Numbered from the stretch's first letter, positions 54,583-64,000 are shown. The stretch: DNA of 64,000 nucleotides from an uncultured Chthonomonadaceae bacterium (GCA_963817895.1 CAWFQB010000014.1:96001-160000), one strand, 5' to 3'. Notes: generated by a model from the sequence alone, not told the origin. Numbers and translations are program-made.

Positions 54583-55960
54583 ATTAATCCTCCTCCGAGA
54601 ATGCTAAACCAGTTTTGCTATATGCGCGGAGCAAGCGAAAATAGCCCTCAACCCAAAGCATTTTTCCGGGTATTGAAAATACCCGTCTGAGTGGCGTTCC
54701 GCCAAGCGTCCTTTGGACGCGATTCACTGCAAAACAAGCATTTGCGGGCGTAGGAGGACATAACATGTTATGTCGCTACGCCGCAGGCCATAGAGACAGG
54801 GGTTGAAAACCCCTGTCAAGAATGTGTTCGGTAGTGAAGTGAAAATCTAATATTGCATCGAATGTATGTATATTCGGACTGAGGAGGGGTGTTTTGGAGA
54901 GGAAGCGCCGATGTGCAACGATTTTTGTTGTTTTAGATGTTTGCAGACTGATGCGTTTGCAAATTCTTGTTCGCGTCGGCAACAAAATGGGCAGACCGAA
55001 ACCTGCGTTTCCCTCTGCCCATTTGATTCATCAAGCGCGAATTTTATTTTGTGGCTATACGTCGTGGGTGTCCCGCTCCGCGCTTTTGGAGAACAGGTAG
55101 GCATCGCCGATGTACTTCATGGCGACGCGGCCCACTTTGGGATCAACCCGCTCAATGATGGGCTTGACGACAACGCCCTCGCGTATGTGCGCGTCATCAA
55201 GGGTGGTTCCGCCCTCCGACAGCAGTTTGACGGTGTTCAGGTCGTACTCTCCCCGGAATAGAACCGGCACGGTTTCCACGCCATGACGGGCGCAGGCTTG
55301 CAGGAAATCATCCGGGTTCAGGTACTTGCCATCCACGAGCAGATCGAACGCGCGAAATCCCAGTTTGCCTTTGTGTCCATAATGCAAGTCCTGAATTTTG
55401 GAGCCGAATACTTCCCCGAAGAGAACCACCTGCCGATGTTCCGCGCCGAACTCTTCGAGCAGAGCGCGTACCGGCGTGAGAGACAGCGGAAACCAATAGG
55501 TGCTGCTTGCCCATTGCGCCTGTTCTTCGGGCGGCTTGCGGCGAACGCTCATGGAACCGGCCATCCATTCGCCTTCTATTAGGCTTACCCTACAGTTGCT
55601 TCCATGGATTTTCTCGGTAACAACGACTTCCTCGCCCGCCGTCAGCACATCGGGGAAGTTGCGCAGGTTTTCGACATCCGTGTATTCCACGAGCAGCGGA
55701 TGCGGCGGCAGAGCGTCGCCCGCAGTCGGCTTAAGCGGCGGAATGTACTTGGTAATCCCGTAGTAGGCTTTTACATCCTCGCCCTCCGTCCATTCGGGAT
55801 TTTCCACATCAATCAGAACGCCGAAAGAGGGTTCGCCGCGCAATCGGGCGCAGCGAACTCGTCCGGCAGGCGGTTCGGGCGCGTCGGGGCCGGTACGAAC
55901 GGAAAGATATTTGGTAATGTTCCATTTGTCGGCGTGTTCGAGCGGAATCAGGCTGTCAAT

Positions 55961-57024
55961 AGATACTCCGACAAATAGTATATAGGCTGTTTTGAGGCAG
56001 GCTAGCGCTCAGGTGGAGCAGACACACTCCACCCGTCGAAAACCCTTTTTCCGCGTTTACTTTTCCCGGCTTACGCGCCTTGCGGCTCGCGTGTCAGCGC
56101 GATCAATTGCACCAGACCCACCACACAGAAGCAAGTGCGACGGAACAATCCCGTCGCCAGACGATATTCATCACGCACCATCCGAAACGCTTTGACGCGC
56201 CGGATACTATGTTCGACACGCACACGCCCTGAGGAAAAGGCGCGGTTCTCTTCTTTCTGCACAGCGCTCAACGCGCCTCCGCGTGGCTTCTTGTGCGGCA
56301 CTTCGCTGTGGGGTAAGCCTTGATAGGCCAGATCGCCTTTGACCGTCGCATGGGGAAACTGCTTGGCAACCGTACTCTGCTCATGCACTTTCTTGTCCGA
56401 CTTCGGGCCGCGATAGCCCGCATCCACATCAAGAATGTCGCCATTGCGGTTGGTGATGACCTCGGTCTTGAGCGTGTGGTCTTTCTTCTTGCCCGAGTAG
56501 AAGGCGCGTTGCTTGGGTTCAATCGAGGGACGCGGAACCGGCGTCTCGAAACTATCCACAATCACCTGATCCACCTCCTCGGGCTTCCAGGAGGGTTCTT
56601 TCTTGGTCCAGCGTTTCTCCGCTTCCCAGCGGTTGGCCGGACACACGTCTTTGAGGACGCCGACAATCTCATGGAAGGTGTTCTCCGCCACATCGGCGCT
56701 GACGCCAAACAGCATGCCCACCACAGAGAAGGCGACGTTGTGGCGCAGGTACAGCAGCGTCAGCAACACTTCCTGGTAGGGCTTGAGCAGGCGTTTGCGG
56801 CCGCCTCCCACCTTGCGGCGGCGCGTGGGCTTGTTGGCCTGTTCTTGTTGGCGACGGCGCTCGATTTCGGGAAGCGCTGCCAGGAAGAGTTCAGCTAAGG
56901 CGGCGTGGGGTAGTCCGAAGAGCGAACGGACTTTGTTTTCGGGATAGCGGCCAAGTTCGTGAAGGTTCATACGTCTATTCTACCCGCGCCAAGAATAAAT
57001 CCAAACTTATTTGTCGGAGTATCT
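55961..57024 (-). mobile_element. IS5-like insertion sequence
   Basis: Perfect 17-bp IR AGATACTCCGACAAATA (55961-55977 / 57008-57024); 3-bp AAT target duplication (55958-55960, 57025-57027). Confidence 0.9.
56071..56970 (-). CDS. IS5/IS4-like DDE transposase (HTH_Tnp_4 and DDE_Tnp_4 type)
   Basis: LLTLLYLRHN..LFGVS, IVDSFE, YSGKKK.HTLK, GDLAYQG, RVRVEHSIRRVK. Confidence 0.88.
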   Translation of the reverse strand: MNLHELGRYPENKVRSLFGLPHAALAELFLAALPEIERRRQQEQANKPTRRRKVGGGRKRLLKPYQEVLLTLLYLRHNVAFSVVGMLFGVSADVAENTFHEIVGVLKDVCPANRWEAEKRWTKKEPSWKPEEVDQVIVDSFETPVPRPSIEPKQRAFYSGKKKDHTLKTEVITNRNGDILDVDAGYRGPKSDKKVHEQSTVAKQFPHATVKGDLAYQGLPHSEVPHKKPRGGALSAVQKEENRAFSSGRVRVEHSIRRVKAFRMVRDEYRLATGLFRRTCFCVVGLVQLIALTREPQGA

Positions 57025-57206
57025 AATGGGTATGTACGTGACCAGACTGCCCGCCTGATATTTGCCTTTGGGAATCACGCATTGCCAGCCCTTGATCTGG
57101 CACAATTCCAGCGCGTCGGCGTTGCCATGCGGCATCACGCGCTCAATCTTGCACACTTCTACAATGCACTCGGACATAGGTATACCCTCCAAAAATTACG
57201 TTGCTA

Positions 57207-57285
57207 TGAGAGTGGAGGGAATCGAACCCCCTTGCTTTCGCCGCAGGGTTACAGCCTGCTGCCCGACCATTTAGGCTTCACTCTC
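57207..57285 (-). tRNA. tRNA-Tyr(GTA), atypical (A8, short variable arm, no encoded CCA)
   Basis: Acceptor GAGAGTG/CACTCTC plus A73; D stem GCCT/GGGC; anticodon arm GCAGG-CTGTAAC-CCTGC; T loop TTCGATT. Confidence 0.85.
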
Positions 57286-57403
57286 AGGAATCAGTTTAGC
57301 CGCGAATGAACGCGAATGAACGCGAATATAGAATACAAATAGCAGAATAGCGACCGTGAACGGACTTGTCCCTGATACCTAACACCAAACACCTGATCTT
57401 TTA

Positions 57404-57478
57404 TGGAAGCGGTCGGAATCGAACCGACAACACGTACTGTGCGAAAGTACATCGCTGACCCTTAGGACATGCGCCCCC
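57404..57478 (-). tRNA. tRNA-Ala(CGC)-like, degenerate D arm, no encoded CCA
   Basis: Acceptor GGGGGCG/CGCTTCC with G3-U70 and A73; anticodon arm GTACT-TTCGCAC-AGTAC; T arm GTCGG-TTCGATT-CCGAC; C8 and poorly paired D stem. Confidence 0.75.
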
Positions 57479-57502
57479 ATGTTTTTGTTGAAAATTCTCC
57501 AC

Positions 57503-57547
57503 ATTAAAAACGAACTTCAGCCCGGTCTGAGGTTCCAGACCGGGCTG
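57503..57547 (-). terminator. Putative attenuator hairpin upstream of the tRNAs
   Basis: 12-bp stem CAGCCCGGTCTG-GAACCT-CAGACCGGGCTG followed by AAGTTCGTTTTTAAT on the minus strand. Confidence 0.6.
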
Positions 57548-57579
57548 CGCATTGTTGTCAGGGAATGAACAAATTTGCG

Positions 57580-57711
57580 TTAGTGTGGTTCTGGAAGGCG
57601 CGACGGAACAGTATACCCGGCGTAGGCATAGACTGCGGCCTGTGTATACGTGAGGCCGGTGCAGTCGGAATATGCGGTTGTTGCCGAATTGGTGTTCATG
57701 CGTTTAGTCAT
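57580..57711 (-). CDS. Putative leader peptide MTKRMNTNSATTAYSDCTGLTYTQAAVYAYAGYTVPSRLPEPH (43 aa; alternative start 57699)
   Basis: Translated by hand (below the ORF-track cutoff); stop lies 32 nt before the hairpin; its 3' end is complementary to the hairpin 5' arm. Confidence 0.55.
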   Translation of the reverse strand: MTKRMNTNSATTAYSDCTGLTYTQAAVYAYAGYTVPSRLPEPH

Positions 57712-57946
57712 TTGAAAAAAGATTGTTGACGGAGCGCTATCAGGGTAATGTTAGCGATTTGCGCGCTTTCAGGCGTTCCACACGCATTGACAGCGGCGTT
57801 GTGGCGAAAGTTGCGCCGCAGGAAAAAACATTTGGCGACTTTTCCTGCCTCTCCCGCTTCAGATAACCGATAATACTACGAGAACCTTGTCGCATACGTG
57901 TCCACAAAGAACGTTGAAGGCGTGGGGGCTGGTGAAGGGAAAGTCC

Positions 57947-59491
57947 ATGAACAGGAATGGTATTGCGACAATGGGCGCGTTGTTCCAGAGACAAAGTGAG
58001 ATGGGGGAGCGCGTACATGTTTTTGATTGGTCGCAGACGCCTTTGGGACCAAGAGAAGCATGGCCGCAGAGTCTGAGCATGGCTGTCGGTATATGCCTCA
58101 ACAGCAACTTTCCCATGTTCGTCTGGTGGGGGCCAAAACTGATAAACATCTATAACGATGCGTATGCTCCCATTCTCGGACTTCGACACCCGGCAGCGCT
58201 CGGCAGACCGGCGCGAGAAATCTGGACGGATATATGGCCGGTGATTGAAGCCGATGTAGACTCGGTAATACATGGTGGGCAGGCTGTGTCCCATGAACGA
58301 GTGCGCTTCATAATGGAGCGCAACGGCTACCCGGAGGAGACATACTTCACCTACTCGCATAGCCCCATTCCTGACGAATACGGCGGGGTCGGCGGATTAT
58401 TTCAGGTGTGTACGGACGAAACCGCGCAGGTATTTGCCGAACGTGAACGCGACAAAATGGCCGCGCAGCGGCAACTGGCGCTGGACGCGGCCAATATGGG
58501 GTGGTGGCACTACGACCCGGAAACCAAAATTGCGGCGTGGGACGAACGGTACAAGGAAATCTTCGGGGTTGCGGATTTTCAGCGCCCCAATGAGGAGATA
58601 CTCGCGCGTATCCACCCGGACGATCTGCCCGGTGTCTGGTCCGCAGTGGAGGCGGCGCTCAATCCGCATGACCCGCAGCCCTACGCGGTTCAGTACCGCA
58701 TTTTTCGCGAGGAGAAGATACGCTGGATTGAGGCGCGGGGAATCGCCACTTTCGACGGTTTGGATACAGACCGACGGGCGACGAGTTTGGTGGGGACGGT
58801 GGCCGACATCACGGAGCGCAAACGCGCCGAAGAGGCGATGCTGGCGCGGAATCAGGAGATTGCAAGTCTGAACGCGCGGCTTACGCGAGCGATGAAAGAG
58901 ACGCACCACCGCGTTAAAAACAACCTGCAAGTAATCGCGGCCATGATTGATATGCAGGTGATGGAACATGAAAGCGAGCAGACGGTTCCCATCGAGGAAT
59001 TGATTCGGCTGAAAGCGCATGTGCATACGCTGGCGATTGTACATGACCTGCTGACCAAAGGCGTGAAGGAAGAGGAGGACGCGCAACGCGTTTCGACCCG
59101 AGCCGTGCTGGAAAAGCTGTTACCCATGCTGCAATGTACTGCCTGGAAGCAGACAGTACGCTATGCGGTAGACGAGGTAGGGCTTACTTCCAAACAGTGC
59201 ATTGCGCTTTCGCTTATCCTCACCGAACTGGTTTCCAACGCCCTAAAGCATGGCAGAAGGGAGGCGGAAGTATTTTTCAGAGTGGAAGGCCGGTATGCAA
59301 CACTCTCGGTCTATGACGATGGGGTAGGTTTTCCTGACGACTTTGATCCCAAAAAGGCCGCGAATACCGGACTGGAACTCGTCGGCAGTCTGGTTTGCGC
59401 TGACCTGCAAGGAACCCTTGTATTTGGCAACCAACCTACGGGCGGCGGATATGTCCGAGTTGTATTTCCGTTGCCGCCAGACGGAGAATAA
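57947..59491 (+). CDS. PAS-domain sensor histidine kinase (HisKA_2 type)
   Basis: FDWSQTPLGP..WPQSL, two PAS/PAC domains, ETHHRVKNNLQ, ELVSNALKHG, DDGVG. Confidence 0.9.
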   Translation: MNRNGIATMGALFQRQSEMGERVHVFDWSQTPLGPREAWPQSLSMAVGICLNSNFPMFVWWGPKLINIYNDAYAPILGLRHPAALGRPAREIWTDIWPVIEADVDSVIHGGQAVSHERVRFIMERNGYPEETYFTYSHSPIPDEYGGVGGLFQVCTDETAQVFAERERDKMAAQRQLALDAANMGWWHYDPETKIAAWDERYKEIFGVADFQRPNEEILARIHPDDLPGVWSAVEAALNPHDPQPYAVQYRIFREEKIRWIEARGIATFDGLDTDRRATSLVGTVADITERKRAEEAMLARNQEIASLNARLTRAMKETHHRVKNNLQVIAAMIDMQVMEHESEQTVPIEELIRLKAHVHTLAIVHDLLTKGVKEEEDAQRVSTRAVLEKLLPMLQCTAWKQTVRYAVDEVGLTSKQCIALSLILTELVSNALKHGRREAEVFFRVEGRYATLSVYDDGVGFPDDFDPKKAANTGLELVGSLVCADLQGTLVFGNQPTGGGYVRVVFPLPPDGE

Positions 59492-59510
59492 GAATTTCAA
59501 TTGCGCCTCT

Positions 59511-59555
59511 GATTTGTTGCCCCGTTCGCCGTCCTTGCAGGTGATTTCGTACTCG
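59511..59555. repeat. 45-bp copy of an internal mqnE segment (60012-60056)
   Basis: 43 of 45 positions identical, direct orientation. Confidence 0.85.
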
Positions 59556-59798
59556 CTCATGTCAACAATACGGGACAACTCGCCTGTGCCTGACGTATAC
59601 TGTAGAGAAATTGGCGGAGTTGTGCGGTGTTGGAGAGAGCGTTGTGATTGCAATTTGCGCGAGAGAAACGGGGCGGGAGGCGATTGCTCTGATAGAACTG
59701 AGCCGCTATGCAAGTCTGGATTTGGGTTCTTGAGGAAAAATTTCACAATTGATTGTCTGGTTATTCAGACGCAAATCAAACCATCAGTATACAACAGC

Positions 59799-59838
59799 AA
59801 CTGCGCCCCATCTGAACTAGTTCAGATAGGGCGCAGTT
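59799..59838. terminator. Long hairpin downstream of mqnE
   Basis: AACTGCGCCC.ATCTGAAC / GTTCAGAT.GGGCGCAGTT. Confidence 0.55.
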
Positions 59839-59857
59839 TACGTTCTTGCACCGGAGT

Positions 59858-61064
59858 TTACGCCAAAACGGGCAGGGGAATGAGGGTGTGTTCTTTGTGC
59901 GCGGCTTCTTCGGGCTGTGGGGGAACTTCGCGGTAGAGGCTGTCGCGCTCAATGGGGATGCGTCCGGCCTCTTCGATCATGCGGATCATCTGCTTGCGCG
60001 TGAGTACCTGCGATTTGTTGCCCCGTTCGCCGTCCTTGTAGGTAATTTCGTACTCGTGGACGGTTCCGTCTACGTCGTCCGCGCCGTACCAGAGGGCGAG
60101 CTGCGTCACCTGCGGCGTGTTCATAATCCAGAACGATTTGACGTGCGCGAAGTTGTCCAGCATCAGGCGGGCGACAGCGATGTTGCGCAGGTCGTCCGTG
60201 CCGGTCGGGTGGGGGATGTTTTCCAGTTCCGTGCCTTCGGGGTGGAACGAGAGCGGCGTCATGGTAACGAAGTGTTTGGTTTCGTCCTGCAAGTTCGCGC
60301 ATTTTGACCAGATGTTCGGCGCGTTCTTCCAGCGTTTCGATATGGCCGTACAGCATCGTGGCGTACTGGGTCAGGCCAACGCGGGCGGCGGAACGGGCTA
60401 CGTCCATCCAGCCTGCGCCGTCCAATTTGCGGTCGAACAGGGCTTCGTGAACACGGTCGGAAAGGATTTCAATCCCGCCGCCGGGAAGGGAGTCCAGTCC
60501 CGCTTCCATAAGTTCGCGCAGCACGTCTTCTAAGGGCTTTTTGGCCTGCCGCTGTATTTCCACGAGTTCTACCATCGTGAACGCTTTGATGTGGACGTTC
60601 GGGCGCACTTCTTTGACGGTTCGCAGCAGATCGAGATAATATTGGTAGGGCAAGCGCGGGTCAATACCGCCGACCATGTGAACTTCGGTTATCGGCACAT
60701 CAATGTGGGCCAGCAGTTTCTGGCGCACCATCTCCATGTTCATCTCGTAGGGGGCGGGACCGCCTTTTTTGGCGTAAAACGAGCAGAACTTGCAGAACTT
60801 GTTGCAGATGTTGGTGTAGTTGATGTGCTGATTGCGGACATAGTACGCTTTGTCGCCGTGCAGCCGTTCGCGCACGATGTTGGCAAGGTAGCCCACTGCG
60901 CTCAGGCTCGGCGTATGGTACAGCCGAACGCCATCTTCATACGACAAGCGTTCCTGATTGGCAACCTTGACGTAAATGTCCATCAAGTCCGCGCCGATAT
61001 AGCGCTCCACGCGCCTGCGCAGTAAATCGGGTTGCGCCTGTTCTTGCATTGCCTGTATTGCCAT
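59858..61064 (-). CDS. mqnE: Aminofutalosine synthase MqnE (CofH-family radical SAM), frameshift near 60293
   Basis: HINYTNICNKFCKFCSF (CxxxCxxC), EVHMVGG, HIKAFT.VE, LPGGGIEI, ATMLYGHIET, HVKSFW, YGADDVDGT. Confidence 0.85.
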
Positions 61065-61461
61065 AATGACAGCCCCCGTTAAAGAGTTGGTAGTTGATAC
61101 AACTTCACCGTCAACCAGACTACGGATGCGCTTACTGTTTTAGATACGAACCGCGCTTCTGAAAAGATACAAATGTTCGTGAACCATTTCACAATGTCCT
61201 GTTTGTAGTATACCTTCGGCAGAAAAAATATGCAACGAAGCGCAGAAGAATCAGCGGGGCGTAGTAGATTTTAAGGGTGGGCTAAAAATAAATTTTACGG
61301 CTTTGGCACAAATATATAGACGCCGGAACGTAGAATAGATGATACAATAGAGGAAGAAGTTAAGCCTGCGGCGTGGTTGTGAAACTTTGAACGAACGTTC
61401 TGATTTTAGAAGGATGAATGTCGTGCCTGTTAAGGAAGCGAAAAAAGAGGCGAAGGAGAGT

Positions 61462-62166
61462 ATGCTGCGGGTTCCGGCGAGCTGTCGGCCCGCGACGTGT
61501 GACCGCGAACGGCAGGAAGAGAAAGAGACTGTCGAGGAGTACACGGAGGGCATTTACCGCCTACAGGAAGAGCTTGAGGTCGTGGGAACGGGCGATATTG
61601 CCAAATATATGAATGTCGCGCCCGCCTCCGTGACCACAATGCTGAAAAAACTGTCCGAACTGGCGCTGGTGGAGCATACGCCGTACAAAGGTGTGCGCCT
61701 GACGCCGAAAGGGGCTACGCTCTCCATTGCCCTGTTGCGCAAGCATCGGCTTGTTGAACGCATGTTGGTGGACTTCTTGGAACTGCCGTGGGAAGACGTT
61801 CACGAACTGGCCTGCAAGCTGGAACATTTTATTACCGAACCGGTTGCGGATCGTATCGCCCACGCGATGAACTATCCGACGACCTGCCCGCATGGGAACC
61901 CGATTGACGCCACGTTTCAGGATGGTTCGCGGCGGCTTGCGGAGTGCGAAGTTGGTAGCCAGTTGATTGTCGCTAAAATTTCGGATGAGCGGCTGGAATT
62001 TCTGAGTTATGTGATGGACATCGGCCTGATGCCAAAAACGCCTATTTCAATCAAAGCGCGCACTCCTTTTGGAGATGTAATGACGCTGGATGTGTTCGGG
62101 CAGGCTGCGCCGGTTGCGATTGGGCGCGATGTTGCGAATAGTATTTGGGTTTTTGAGCGGGAGTAG
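61462..62166 (+). CDS. DtxR/MntR family metal-dependent repressor with FeoA-like C-terminal domain
   Basis: EEYTEGIY, VAPASVTTMLKKL, RKHRLVE, VHELACKLEH, CPHGNPI; AAGGAG SD. Confidence 0.9.
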   Translation: MLRVPASCRPATCDRERQEEKETVEEYTEGIYRLQEELEVVGTGDIAKYMNVAPASVTTMLKKLSELALVEHTPYKGVRLTPKGATLSIALLRKHRLVERMLVDFLELPWEDVHELACKLEHFITEPVADRIAHAMNYPTTCPHGNPIDATFQDGSRRLAECEVGSQLIVAKISDERLEFLSYVMDIGLMPKTPISIKARTPFGDVMTLDVFGQAAPVAIGRDVANSIWVFERE

Positions 62167-62497
62167 CGCGTTGGTGGCTGATGGTTGGTGATTGGTTTTA
62201 CGGGTTTATACGGTTTTTGTGTTGACGGGGTTAGAATCATCGGGTGAGCATGAAACTTCCAACCGGAAATTACGTCAACAAATGCAGCAGTAGGCGACGC
62301 GCGACGAATGCGCGATTGAGGACACTGTTTGCTTATGCAATCTTCATCGAAAAAAACTCTTGGCTGCTGGTTTTCCACGTTGCTGGAACGCAAGCGGAAG
62401 CAGAACCTGACTATGGCCGGCCAGTTCGGTTCAAACGCGCAATCCGCTCTGGATGCGACCGAAACAACCGCCGCGGGGTTCCCTGACTCGCGCAGGA

Positions 62498-62818
62498 ATG
62501 ACGCTGGCGGATTTGCAGCCGGGCGAGTGCGGGTACATCAGCCGATTGGGTGGCAACACGCAGGGACGTTTACGGCTGCTGGAAATGGGCATGACGCCCG
62601 GAACGCATGTACAGGTGGTTCGCGCCGCCGCGTTCGGCGGGCCGCTGGATGTGGAAGTGCGCAATTACCAGTTGTCGCTGCGCCGCGAAGAAGCGGCAAG
62701 CGTGTGGCTTGGCGACGCGCCCGTTGCTGTGTCTGCTACTTCTGATGGTCAAGAAGCCGATGCCGACACAACGCTGGAAGCCGTTTTCGCCGCCAACATG
62801 GAACAGGACGTATTGTAA
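62498..62818 (+). CDS. feoA: Ferrous iron transport protein A
   Basis: TLADLQPGE..RLLEMGMTPG..GGPL..LSLRREEA. Confidence 0.88.
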   Translation: MTLADLQPGECGYISRLGGNTQGRLRLLEMGMTPGTHVQVVRAAAFGGPLDVEVRNYQLSLRREEAASVWLGDAPVAVSATSDGQEADADTTLEAVFAANMEQDVL

Positions 62819-64000
62819 TGATAGGCGCTGTGGATACGGAGGAGACTGCCACGCTCACGATAGCGCTGGTCGGTAATCCGAACTGCGGCAAAACCACGCT
62901 GTTCAACGCGCTGACCGGCCTGCGCCAAAAGGTCGGCAACTATCCGGGCGTGACGGTTGAAAAGAAAGAGGGCCGCGTCACCCTGCCGGACGGCTCAAAC
63001 GCGCGCCTGCTTGATCTCCCCGGTTTGTATTCTCTCACTCCCCATTCCCCTGATGAAGTAATTGCCCGCGAAGTGCTGATGGGCTTGCGCGACGATACGC
63101 CCCGCCCCGACGTGATTCTCAATGTCGTGGACGCCTCTAACCTCGAACGTAATCTGTATATCACCAGTCAACTTTTAGATATTGGTCTGCCGGTCGTTGT
63201 CGCGCTGACGATGATGGACACGCTGGACAAAGCGGGGACCGTCGTTCATGCCGAGCGATTGGCGCGTAATCTTGGCGTACCGGTTTGCGTTGTTGTGGCG
63301 TCGCGCAAGCAGGGATTAGAAGGCTTGCTGACGGCCGCGCGCAAATGCGCTGCATTGCCGCCCCCGCCGCCCGCGTGGGATGTGCCGGGTGATATTGTAA
63401 ACGAGATCGCGGCTTTGCAAAGCGCGTTGGAGCGGGAACACCACCAGACGCCGCGCGCCGCGTTTGCGGAAGCGGTCACGCTGCTGATGCAGGAGAGCGA
63501 ATTACAGCCGACCGAGCATCTGATGGCCTCAACCCGCGCGCTGGTACGCCGCACCCATGAACAGATGCTGGAGGATGGTATAGATTTCGCGGCGCAGGCG
63601 ATTGATGCGCGATATGCGTGGATAAGCCGCGTGTGTGAGGGCGTGACCGAAACAACGACAACCGCTTTGCGCCGACCCGCTTTCCACGAATCAGCGCGTG
63701 GATAAAGTGGTGATGCACCCGTTCTGGGGCTACGCGCTGTTCGTGATTGTGATGACGGTTGTGTTTCAGGCGATTTTTTCTATCGGGCAGGGGCCGGCCA
63801 AATGGGTCGGGGACGGTATTGGCAAATTGGGCGGGCTGCTGACGCATCGTATGCCGCCCGGAGATTTGCGCAGTCTGATTGAGGCGGGGATACTGGGCGG
63901 CGTGGGGACGACACTGGCTTTCTTGCCACAGATTCTGCTGCTGTTCTTCTTTATCAGCCTGCTGGAAGATACCGGGTATATGGCGCGGGCGGCGTTTCTG
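62818..64000 (+). CDS. feoB: Ferrous iron transport protein B (3'-truncated, frameshift near 63680)
   Basis: GNPNCGKTT, VGNYPGVTVE, DLPGLYSL, DASNLERNL; second frame contains LPQILLLF..LEDTGYMARAAF. Confidence 0.93.

Larger units (their letters stand above)
55055..57177 (-). pseudogene. DRB0094/Rnl5-type ATP-dependent RNA ligase interrupted by an IS element
   Basis: N-terminus HGNADALEL..GWQCV..VTYIP (57177-57025) rejoins in frame to IDSLIP..RLRGEPSFG after removing the IS and one AAT copy; motifs TEKIHG, FGEVFG, FRAFD, REGVVVK, K; GGAGG SD. Confidence 0.88.

Noticed and set aside
57301..57327. CGCGAATGAA x3 as a CRISPR-like array
   Set aside because: Simple tandem repeat without spacers; no cas genes or repeat-spacer array seen anywhere in the window.
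57349..57368. Possible 3' relic of a third tRNA (minus strand CAAGTCCGTTCACGGTCGCT) between tRNA-Ala and tRNA-Tyr
   Set aside because: Only about 20 nt resemble a T loop and acceptor 3' half; no matching 5' half was found.
59243..59746. 167-aa minus-strand ORF containing the mqnE-like peptide
   Set aside because: It overlaps the kinase antisense, and the similarity is limited to the 45-bp duplication.
62167..62497. DtxR box or metal riboswitch upstream of feoA
   Set aside because: No convincing operator palindrome or recognisable riboswitch consensus by eye.
1..64000. Frameshifts in gspD, the vWA gene, GH78, wza, mnmG, dop, pilC, ndh, GH1, GGDEF, mqnE and feoB as pseudogenes or programmed frameshifting
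   Set aside because: They also hit housekeeping genes, catalytic motifs are intact and I saw no pattern of in-frame stops. Uncorrected long-read indels are the simplest explanation; read polishing would decide.

Overview
GC-rich bacterial window, probably Armatimonadota (inferred from the UBact-type modifier, PEP-CTERM and H-X9-DG proteins). Many genes, including housekeeping ones, are split by single-base frameshifts that are most likely assembly indels. Contents in order: a type II secretion/T4P secretin; pyrE; a Ro60/TROVE-like vWA gene with a partner gene and an adjacent structured RNA candidate; a GH78 rhamnosidase; a Wza/SLBB exporter; mnmG; a FliA/WhiG sigma factor; a PcfJ-like protein; a complete but interrupted UBact/Pup-like proteasome locus (arc, dop, ubact, prcB, prcA, pafA) with two HEPN-like gene pairs and an IS982 element; folK; two GspF/PilC paralogues; BlaI/BlaR1-WD40; ndh; a GH1-like hydrolase; PAS-GGDEF-HD-GYP; an RNA-repair-like unit; a PAS histidine kinase; mqnE; dtxR-feoA-feoB. 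The RNA-repair-like unit is a Tyr/Ala/Thr-rich leader peptide, a putative attenuator, atypical tRNA-Ala and tRNA-Tyr, and a DRB0094/Rnl5-type RNA ligase disrupted by an IS5-like element. REP-like palindromes and heptamer-repeat elements are abundant, and some lie in frame inside genes. The best candidates for undescribed systems are the leader-controlled tRNA/RNA-ligase unit (55055-57711) and the Ro60-like/partner/ncRNA unit (4938-7890). All family calls come from motif recognition by eye; no database searches were run.
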